Source of the DNA: Flavobacteriia bacterium
GTDB taxonomy: Bacteria; Bacteroidota; Bacteroidia; Flavobacteriales_D; Crocinitomicaceae
Assembly (NCBI GenBank): GCA_947453545.1
Contig: CANGHE010000001.1
Location: forward strand, 1-41,411
Length of the DNA: 41,411 nucleotides
Direction: 5' to 3'
Made by a program: the position numbers and the translations under genes. Below are positions 1-7,406 of the stretch, in pieces; position 1 is the stretch's first letter; every line of letters starts with the position of its first letter. The notes beneath the pieces were generated by a model. The model did no database searches. It was not told the DNA's origin and saw only the letters and a program-made list of their open reading frames with translations.

Positions 1-352
1 AATATTCCTGCTTTTTTAATTTAGGAATGGCTGCTGCTTTGAGTAGTTTTTCGTATTTAATATACTCCTTGCTATCCTCATCAATAGGGTTTCCTTCAGC
101 ATCAAGTACTGTCTTTTTTAATTTGTTTGCTTGATTTTTCCATTGTATTAATTTTGGCTCTTTTTCCAGAGAAAAATCCACAACTTCAACAGAGCCTAAG
201 AGTAGTGCTAAACTTTTTTCTTGTAACTCTATTTCAGAATCATTGTGTTGTTCCGCTTGGTGGTCAACAAGATTAGATTTACTTTCAGTTTTTGGAGGGT
301 TGTCTTGTTTTAATCCATTAAAATCAAGACTAGAAGATTTTTTATTTCTCAT
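1..352 (-). CDS. hypothetical protein, N-terminal part only (gene runs off the left edge of the window)
   Basis: Hand translation of the minus strand from the ATG at 352..350 gives MRNKKSSSLDFNGLKQDNPPKTESKSNLVDHQAEQ... and stays open to position 1. Its ATG overlaps the TGA of the upstream 90-aa ORF (ATGA at 349..352), suggesting translational coupling. No motif recognised. Confidence 0.4.
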   Translation of the reverse strand, partial: MRNKKSSSLDFNGLKQDNPPKTESKSNLVDHQAEQHNDSEIELQEKSLALLLGSVEVVDFSLEKEPKLIQWKNQANKLKKTVLDAEGNPIDEDSKEYIKYEKLLKAAAIPKLKKQEY

Positions 353-621
353 AGTATTGGTTTTAAAGATTTATCCTTTAGAAGGTTTTCGGAAAAAGGG
401 TATTGCTTTTTAACTGACTTAGGTATTATTCTATAAGCGTTTAACTTACCTCTAAGTAAGGGAAGTTCTGTCCCTGCAAAAAATATTGCAAAAGAGTTAA
501 CTAAATCAGGTTTGGTTTGTGTACAGTTGGGTTTAAGAAATAGATATGGAGTAGTTCTTAAACGGGTTTCAATGGAATTAAATTTCCTATGCATAATTTT
601 GCTGAATTTATTGTTCCACAA
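349..621 (-). CDS. small basic hypothetical protein (90 aa)
   Basis: ORF track entry. Its stop overlaps the start of the next minus-strand ORF (ATGA). Same strand as the flanking genes. No motif recognised. The true start may be the internal Met (MHRKFN...). Confidence 0.4.
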   Translation of the reverse strand: MWNNKFSKIMHRKFNSIETRLRTTPYLFLKPNCTQTKPDLVNSFAIFFAGTELPLLRGKLNAYRIIPKSVKKQYPFSENLLKDKSLKPIL

Positions 622-670
622 AGGTTATGACAAATGAAAACATTGAACCGCTTATAACCGGTAACTTTTT

Positions 671-1867
671 TTAATATTTGGTTAAATATTCTTTTAAAAT
701 ATTTAGGTCTTTTATAGCATTGGCCCTATTTGTTAAAGACAATGATTCGATAACTTTTTCAAATAGTTCAATTTTATTTTTCAATTTTAGTTTGCTTTCT
801 GGGTATGCTCTTCTATCTGTGTTATTTGACCATTTTGAAAAATGTGCATAAAGCTTATCGCTCGAATTGTGTTCGGTACCTTCAAGTTCTTTTATAGAAT
901 TTCCTCTATTAAGAATTTTCCCTTCATAATAACATTTTAAAGCAATTGCACTAAGTGTCAGCTCTTTCTTTCTAGCTTCTTCGAGTTCTTCGATTACTTT
1001 TGGTTTATGTGATTTTTTAATAAAATCTAATTTACCAATTACAATTGCCAATTTATTTAAATCTTTTGGCAATAGCCCCTCCATAAAATTGGCAGTAGTT
1101 TCTATAAAAGGTTCTTCAGATAATCGGTTTATAATTGCAATTTCAAACTCCTTTTCTAATTTAACTCTTGGTTTAGGACTGCCTTTTATATAGTTTTCAA
1201 ATAAAGTATTCATTTCCTCTAGGGACTTTGTTCTCAATTCTTCAAATATTTTTTTTTCTTCTTCAGTAAGTTCTTCCCAATAGTTTTGTTGGTTAAAAAC
1301 ATAGTCATGCCAAATTTGGTAGTTTAAACTTGTTTTTTCTTGTTTGTTTATGTTCATCAGTACTTGAACAGCATTTTCCTTAGTTTTACTACTAATTGAT
1401 TTTTGAGAAAAAACAAAATTCAGGTAATTGTCAATGTCTAAATCTTTAATTTCAGAAGTGATTTTGAATTTTTGATTGTTAATTTCAGCCATACAAATTT
1501 TAATAAATTTTATTTGACTAAACCACAATTCCTCTTTATATTTTCCATTTGTAATTGTGGATAAGTTAACATTAAAGCGCTCTAGTGAAAAGTTTTCCGC
1601 TAACTCTAATTCTTTTTCAAATGGTTTGTTTTCACTTTTGAGCAATTCAATTTTTTGATATAATTCTCTTTTTTTCTCCAAATACTGGGCTTCAATTTTG
1701 TTTTCTAAAAGGTCTACTGTATAATTGCATTTTTGGAAAAACTCGATATCTGAAACAAAATTATTATTTTCTGCTTCCTTCTGTTTTCTAATTAGATAGT
1801 TTTTAAATAAACGTTCATTTTTTAATATGCCAACTAGTACAAGGTCTAAATATTGGATTTCTTTCAT
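671..1867 (-). CDS. hypothetical K/E-rich, probably coiled-coil protein (398 aa)
   Basis: Long uninterrupted ORF co-directional with the R-M operon and separated from the hsdM stop by about 300 bp. No catalytic motif recognised by eye. Confidence 0.6.
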   Translation of the reverse strand: MKEIQYLDLVLVGILKNERLFKNYLIRKQKEAENNNFVSDIEFFQKCNYTVDLLENKIEAQYLEKKRELYQKIELLKSENKPFEKELELAENFSLERFNVNLSTITNGKYKEELWFSQIKFIKICMAEINNQKFKITSEIKDLDIDNYLNFVFSQKSISSKTKENAVQVLMNINKQEKTSLNYQIWHDYVFNQQNYWEELTEEEKKIFEELRTKSLEEMNTLFENYIKGSPKPRVKLEKEFEIAIINRLSEEPFIETTANFMEGLLPKDLNKLAIVIGKLDFIKKSHKPKVIEELEEARKKELTLSAIALKCYYEGKILNRGNSIKELEGTEHNSSDKLYAHFSKWSNNTDRRAYPESKLKLKNKIELFEKVIESLSLTNRANAIKDLNILKEYLTKY

Positions 1868-2175
1868 TCGAATATTTTTTTAGTTAATAAAGTTAAAAAA
1901 GGTACAATTTTTATGGAGAAAATTTATTTAATGCTTAATTAAAATTATGTCAATAAATGGATAACAATCAATCTGTCAAATGGCTTTACTTAAAAAATAT
2001 TTTTAAAATGCTAGAGCCTATTTTCCGTTCCAACCCGCTTTTGGTAGTTGGGATTCCGGTGTTTCTAGCAAATTTTTGCTTTGCTTGGGTAATGCCTAAT
2101 AACCTATTTAACGAAAATGAAAACCCAAATTTTCCCATCAGTATCAATTTTTAAATTGTTCCGAACTTATTCTTG

Positions 2176-3666
2176 TTATTTTAATCCTTCGATAATAGCC
2201 CTAAAACTTGCCAAACCTGCTTCAATATTTTCTACAATATCTAATGCCAAAACATCGGGGTCGGGGAGGTTGTCTAAGTCGGCTAACGATTTATCTTTTA
2301 ACCAAGTGATGTCCAAACTGGTTTTGTCTCTAGCCATGATTTCCTCATAACCAAATTTTCTCCAACGACCTTCTGGATTGCTTTCGGCGTTGTAAGTTTC
2401 CGTTCTTTTATGTCGGTTTTCTGGATTATATAAGTCGATGAAATCTTTTAAATCATTTAGTTTTAACGGATTTTTCTTTAAGGTATGGTGAATGTTGGTT
2501 CTATAATCATACACCCAAACTTCTTTCGTCCAAGGGTCTTTGCTAGAGGGTTTTCCATCAAAGAAAAGCACATTGGCTTTTACGCCATTGGCATAGAAAA
2601 TACCCGTTGGCAAACGTAAAATAGTATGCAAATCGGTAGTGTCTAGTAATTTTTTACGCACGGTTTCGCCAACGCCACCTTCAAACAAAACATTATCGGG
2701 CAATACTACTGCGGCTTGTCCTGTGGTTTTAAGCATGGTGCGAATGTGTTGCACAAAGTTCAATTGCTTGTTACTTGTGGTGACCCAAAAATCCTGACGG
2801 TTATAAGTCAAGTCTTCTTTCTCTTGTTCGCCAGATTCATTGGTAAAAGTCATACTACTTTTTTTACCAAAAGGCGGATTGGCTAAGATATAATCATAGC
2901 GCGTACCCGAATCGGTAATCAAAGAATCATTAGGGGAAATAAAATTATCTGAATCGATGTCGCCAATGTTGTGCAAGAACAAATTCATCAACGCCAATCG
3001 TCGTGTACTGGCTACAATCTCATTGCCAAAAAAGGTTTCGTATTTCAAGAACTGTCGGGCCTCTTTGTCTAATTCTCGATTGTCTACAATCCAATCATAA
3101 GCTGCCAAAAAGAAACCACCCGTGCCACAAGCTGGGTCGGCTATGGTTTTGTTGGGTTCAGGACGCAAACATGCAACCATAGCTTTGATTAAGGGACGAG
3201 GAGTGAAGTACTGTCCCGCACCACTTTTGGTATCTTCGGCGTTTTTCTCTAAAATACCTTCATAGATATCGCCTTTGTCTTTTACGCCCATCAAGATCCA
3301 GTTTTCGGCATTAATAAGTGCAATTAGTTTGTACAGCTTGGCGGGGTCTTGTATTTTGTTTTGACTCTTTACAAAGATTTGCCCCAAGATGCCTTTTTCT
3401 TTGGCTAACTCCCGCAACATGGTGTTGTAATGCGTCTCCAACTCACTACCGCTTTTGCTAATTAAAGTCTCCCACGCAAACTCGCTCGGAATGGGCATCG
3501 TTCTGTTGTGGGGCGGTTTTGTGTACTCATCTGCCATTTTTAGGAATAACAAATACGTTAGTTGCTCCAAGTAGTCGCCATAGCCTACACCATCGTCTCG
3601 CAACGTTTGGCAAAAAGCCCATACTTTACTAACTATACTAGATGCGTTTGTGTTTTCTTTGCTCAT
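2176..3666 (-). CDS. hsdM: type I restriction-modification system, N6-adenine DNA methyltransferase subunit M
   Basis: AdoMet-binding motif I DPACGTGGF and catalytic motif IV NPPFG are present. The N-terminal HsdM-type helical region starts WAFCQTLRDDG. Lies in an operon with hsdS and hsdR. Confidence 0.95.
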   Translation of the reverse strand: MSKENTNASSIVSKVWAFCQTLRDDGVGYGDYLEQLTYLLFLKMADEYTKPPHNRTMPIPSEFAWETLISKSGSELETHYNTMLRELAKEKGILGQIFVKSQNKIQDPAKLYKLIALINAENWILMGVKDKGDIYEGILEKNAEDTKSGAGQYFTPRPLIKAMVACLRPEPNKTIADPACGTGGFFLAAYDWIVDNRELDKEARQFLKYETFFGNEIVASTRRLALMNLFLHNIGDIDSDNFISPNDSLITDSGTRYDYILANPPFGKKSSMTFTNESGEQEKEDLTYNRQDFWVTTSNKQLNFVQHIRTMLKTTGQAAVVLPDNVLFEGGVGETVRKKLLDTTDLHTILRLPTGIFYANGVKANVLFFDGKPSSKDPWTKEVWVYDYRTNIHHTLKKNPLKLNDLKDFIDLYNPENRHKRTETYNAESNPEGRWRKFGYEEIMARDKTSLDITWLKDKSLADLDNLPDPDVLALDIVENIEAGLASFRAIIEGLK

Positions 3667-3668
3667 TT

Positions 3669-4952
3669 TTAATTATAGTTATTATTATCTCTTTTAAAAT
3701 CAGAACCTTCATATTCAACTTCAGGATAAAATATTTTAAAAGGTAGACCAAAAATTGTGTCGCCAGAAATGTTTTTAATTAGATTATATTTTGTTATTAG
3801 ATTAAAATCATTTGAATTATATTTTTTCACGTCTGAATTTATATCGGGTATCAGTTCCCAAGAATAACCCATAGTTGATAATGAGTTTAAAAGTAATATA
3901 GTTTGTTCATATGTTGAAAGTTGAGCTCTTAAAATTTTTATGTATTCATATTTTTGTTTATAACTTAATTTCTCTTGTTCATTAATATATTTAACTGTCT
4001 GAAATAAATGTCTATAATAATGACCTAATCTAAATTGGTGACCTCCATAATATTTAACAAATTTATTATGGTAGTTGTCAATTATGTAATTATCTTCACT
4101 GCTATCATCTCGAAACTTATTTTCACTTCTTTTATAAAGTATATCATTAGTTATTTTAATTTTTTTTCCTTTTGAACTTTTAGCTAAAACTTTCTCCCAT
4201 TTTGGAAGAATATCTCTATTTTCAGATGGTTTTAAACTTATAAAATTAAGAATATCATTAACGAATTTTTCTTTATATCTACCTTTAAATTTTTCTCTCA
4301 ATAATATTAACCCCTCTGAACTTACACCATAAAATACGATACTATAACAAATATCAATTTTACCAAGAAGAGACAAACTAATTTTGTTTTTTTTGACGAA
4401 TTCATTTTCAGCTAATTTTTTTTTATATGGTATTTCATAAACTCTTTTCATTCTAAAAAATGGTTCTAATTCATTTCTACAAATGACAAATTGTTTAAAT
4501 ATTATATTGAATACTGCTTTGCCTTCATATTCTTTTTTTTCTATTTGCATAGAATTTTCATTAGCGATATGTTTTACAGCATTAAATTTGAATTCTGAAA
4601 CATTTTCTCTATGCATTTTTATTAATTCAAAAAATCTACTTTCTAAACGTTCTCTTTCAAATGAGTTTAACTGACTAATACTTGCAGAACGTTGCTCAAC
4701 TAAAGTAATATAAAGAAAATAGAAAGCAGCTCCAGAAAAAATTGTTCCTATAACACCACCTACAAAATCTCCAAACTGGCCAGTTTCTGCAAATGCAAGG
4801 TTTCCTCCCCAAATCCAGAAACCATTAAAAGATATCTTTATTAAAAAAAATAATATTATTAAAAAAGAAATTCCCAGTGACCAAAGCAGAATTTTTCTGT
4901 CTTCAGAGCTATTAATATAATATTCTTTTAACTTTATTAATTTATTTTTCAT
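3669..4952 (-). CDS. membrane-anchored putative abortive-infection (Abi-like) protein
   Basis: 427-aa ORF with two N-terminal hydrophobic helices (LLWSLGISFLIILFFLI; GDFVGGVIGTIFSGAAFYFLYITLVEQR) followed by a large soluble region. From memory this layout matches the 'putative phage abortive infection protein' family. Wedged between hsdS and hsdM with gaps of 10 and 2 nt. Confidence 0.55.
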   Translation of the reverse strand: MKNKLIKLKEYYINSSEDRKILLWSLGISFLIILFFLIKISFNGFWIWGGNLAFAETGQFGDFVGGVIGTIFSGAAFYFLYITLVEQRSASISQLNSFERERLESRFFELIKMHRENVSEFKFNAVKHIANENSMQIEKKEYEGKAVFNIIFKQFVICRNELEPFFRMKRVYEIPYKKKLAENEFVKKNKISLSLLGKIDICYSIVFYGVSSEGLILLREKFKGRYKEKFVNDILNFISLKPSENRDILPKWEKVLAKSSKGKKIKITNDILYKRSENKFRDDSSEDNYIIDNYHNKFVKYYGGHQFRLGHYYRHLFQTVKYINEQEKLSYKQKYEYIKILRAQLSTYEQTILLLNSLSTMGYSWELIPDINSDVKKYNSNDFNLITKYNLIKNISGDTIFGLPFKIFYPEVEYEGSDFKRDNNNYN

Positions 4953-4962
4953 TTATGTTATT

Positions 4963-6219
4963 TTAAACCAACTCCCCACTAAATGCCTTTTTCAATATAC
5001 TCTGCCGCAATGCCTCTGCTTGTAGCAAGCTTTGCACAATACTTTCCTCCATTTTATCTGCAACACTCAAACGGCTTTCGATTTCTTGAACGATTCGGTG
5101 TTGTTCTTCAAGATTAAGAGGTATATTAATAGTATGTTTTTTTAATGTTCCTAATAACAAATTTGGTACGGCAGTTCCTGACGATATTTTCATTAATTGT
5201 TTTAAATCAGATTTTAAAACATAACTACAATATTTATTATTTAATATTTCAGGAATTGTTTTTATAACTGCAACACTTTTTTGAAATGTAGTTTTATATG
5301 TTTTATCATCATTTGGAGCTAAAGCAATTCTTCCAATTGATGCTCCAGTATTAACCATACAAATGTCACCTGGTTTTAAATTTGTTCTCCTATGAGTTTC
5401 ATTAAACCCTGATTTTGTTATCTGTCTTGCATTTTCATAATTTAACTTATCAAACTTTACATCTTTAGCACTCAAAAAGTAAAATCCAGAATTTGTTTCA
5501 TTTTCACAATCTCCATGTTTGCCATCAGTAATTAGAGAACAAACATTTCCTAGTTCAACAATTTCCCAACCCTTTGGCAACTCACCATCCTTAACATTCT
5601 CATTCGTTAACTTTCCTTCAAAAGCCCATTTCAATACACTTTGTCTGTAGGTTTTGAGTTGCTGTTGTGCGGTTTTTAAATCTTCTATGCCTTTGTCTAG
5701 TTCGCTAAAGAGTTCTTCTATTTTTGAGACAATGGCTTGTTGGGTTTCGAGTGGCGGCAATACAATTTCCATTTCTTCAATTTTTTTAGAAGAAATATTT
5801 GGTTGCGCTCCACCATAAGCATCTTTCTCAATTTGTCTTTTTAGTGAATGTAATTGATGAAGAAGAAAATTGTTGTCTAAAATGGTATTATCTAAAATAT
5901 CAAATTTTCCAACTCGTTGGTTTTGATAAGCTTTTTCCTTTGATTTATAAATGCCAAATTTACCGGTGGTTGCTCCAGACATTGCTACTATAATTTCATT
6001 TTCATTTATTATGTAACTATCGTAAATTGAATTTTCAGAGACATGAACTGTATTTCTAGGTACTATTAATCCATCTTTAATATCAGAAATTCTAATAACA
6101 GGAATGCCTTTCTCTAAATAGTTATCACTTTTAAAAGCATATCCATTCTTTAGTTTACAAACTTCTCCAAGTGGTTTTATTTTCCAATCTTTCTGTAATT
6201 TGGTAATCATATCATTCAT
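4963..6219 (-). CDS. hsdS: type I restriction-modification system specificity subunit S
   Basis: Two variable target-recognition regions are separated by the conserved helical spacers typical of HsdS (LPPLETQQAIVSKIEELFSELDKGIEDLKTAQQQLKTYRQSVLKWAF and LEEQHRIVQEIESRLSVADKMEESIVQSLLQAEALRQSILKKAFSGELV). Confidence 0.9.
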   Translation of the reverse strand: MNDMITKLQKDWKIKPLGEVCKLKNGYAFKSDNYLEKGIPVIRISDIKDGLIVPRNTVHVSENSIYDSYIINENEIIVAMSGATTGKFGIYKSKEKAYQNQRVGKFDILDNTILDNNFLLHQLHSLKRQIEKDAYGGAQPNISSKKIEEMEIVLPPLETQQAIVSKIEELFSELDKGIEDLKTAQQQLKTYRQSVLKWAFEGKLTNENVKDGELPKGWEIVELGNVCSLITDGKHGDCENETNSGFYFLSAKDVKFDKLNYENARQITKSGFNETHRRTNLKPGDICMVNTGASIGRIALAPNDDKTYKTTFQKSVAVIKTIPEILNNKYCSYVLKSDLKQLMKISSGTAVPNLLLGTLKKHTINIPLNLEEQHRIVQEIESRLSVADKMEESIVQSLLQAEALRQSILKKAFSGELV

Positions 6220-6274
6220 TATATTGGAAAATAAATTAATTTATAAATTGTTTGAGCAGTAAAATGAATTTAAG

Positions 6275-6697
6275 TTATTCCATTCTTTCAAAATGCTTAT
6301 TGGACGAACCACGATAAGCAAAAGGAGTTTTATTTTTTCTGACGATGGTTTTTATATTGTCCCATTCTTCTACTATTTTCTTTACCATATCCCAATAAGT
6401 AAAACCATTTTTAGAAGGAGGATTTAAAAATAATATACCAACACCATTTTCTATATATAATTCTCTTTGGTGTTTTTGTGATTGTATTCTAGAATCTTGA
6501 GTGATTACAATGCCATTTTCTGCACCAACTTTAGGAATCCATTCTTCATCTTGTGCACCTTTACCAAATACATCAGCAATAGATAGTACTTCTATTTCTA
6601 AACCATCTTTTAAATTTTGTGGTTGTTGTAAAGTATGTAAACCATGAGCCAATTGACGAGGCATATTTTCATCTATATAGATTTTATATTTTCTCAT
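6275..6697 (-). CDS. DUF5615-like (PIN/Mut7-C-like) putative toxin
   Basis: N-terminus KIYIDENMPRQLAHGL and later IVITQDSRI fit the DUF5615/COG4634 pattern (xDENxP...L...G ... T.D.D). It sits 2 nt downstream of a DUF433 gene, which is the classical pairing. Confidence 0.6.
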   Translation of the reverse strand: MRKYKIYIDENMPRQLAHGLHTLQQPQNLKDGLEIEVLSIADVFGKGAQDEEWIPKVGAENGIVITQDSRIQSQKHQRELYIENGVGILFLNPPSKNGFTYWDMVKKIVEEWDNIKTIVRKNKTPFAYRGSSNKHFERME

Positions 6698-6699
6698 AA

Positions 6700-7371
6700 T
6701 TAAGCCGCTTTTTTATGAAATTCAATTGCATCTTTTACTTCACTCGATGTAATTTCATAAACAGAAGCAATAAAAGCAATTGATTCTTCAGCTAAATACA
6801 TTTTGTAGATTACTTCCGATTGAATATTAGTCCCACTAATAACTGGCTGACCAAATTTGTGATGTGGGTCACAAACAATTTTACGTTTTTTTCCTAAAGG
6901 CCAAAAGCGTGAAGCAAGCATATCGTTATCAAAATCTAAATTTTGGAAAAATATTTTAATGATATCTAAGTTAAATTGTTTACTACCATCTAAAGAAATT
7001 GTATCCCCATTTTGGTTTAAAAATATTTTAGATTTATCGGTATGAATATTATCTAAAACTTCTTTTTGAGCAAAAGGAAAATTGGTGTTGTAAAACAATG
7101 AAAGTTCTTTGTGAGCATTAAGTACTTCTCTTGTTTTTACACCAGCTTCTGCAAATTGCATCATTACATAAAACTCAATTAGGGTATGGAATCCAACAGC
7201 TTTCGAGTTGTTTATAGACCAAGAATAATTTTTTTCATAGAAATTACCTAATTCTCCATCCCAATATTGAGTAATCCATTTTCTTACTTTATGATAAGGC
7301 AAACGAAGGATTTGCGCAATTTCTTGCGTTGTAAAAATTCCATTGCCAAGTTGTAATTTGTTTTCGAACAT
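6700..7371 (-). CDS. DUF433 domain protein with N-terminal HTH (putative antitoxin)
   Basis: The C-terminal FGQPVISGTNIQSEVIYKMYLAEESIAFIASVYEITSSEVKDAIEFH matches the DUF433/COG2442 consensus (G.P.I.GT.I.v..i......ges...Ia..y.lt..ev..Al.f). The N-terminal TTQEIAQILRLPYHKVRKWI looks like an HTH. Confidence 0.65.
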   Translation of the reverse strand: MFENKLQLGNGIFTTQEIAQILRLPYHKVRKWITQYWDGELGNFYEKNYSWSINNSKAVGFHTLIEFYVMMQFAEAGVKTREVLNAHKELSLFYNTNFPFAQKEVLDNIHTDKSKIFLNQNGDTISLDGSKQFNLDIIKIFFQNLDFDNDMLASRFWPLGKKRKIVCDPHHKFGQPVISGTNIQSEVIYKMYLAEESIAFIASVYEITSSEVKDAIEFHKKAA

Positions 7372-7406
7372 TTCTATTTTTAAAGTTGTTACAAAATTAT
7401 ACTTTT

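Noticed and set aside
1957-2350. Plus-strand ORFs 1957..2154 and 2117..2350 near the hsdM 3' end.
   Set aside because: The second overlaps hsdM antisense. The first lies in the AT-rich intergenic region and has an implausible composition. There is no coupling or conservation signal.
4483-5993. Plus-strand ORFs 4483..4674 and 5799..5993.
   Set aside because: They are antisense shadows inside the Abi-like gene and hsdS.
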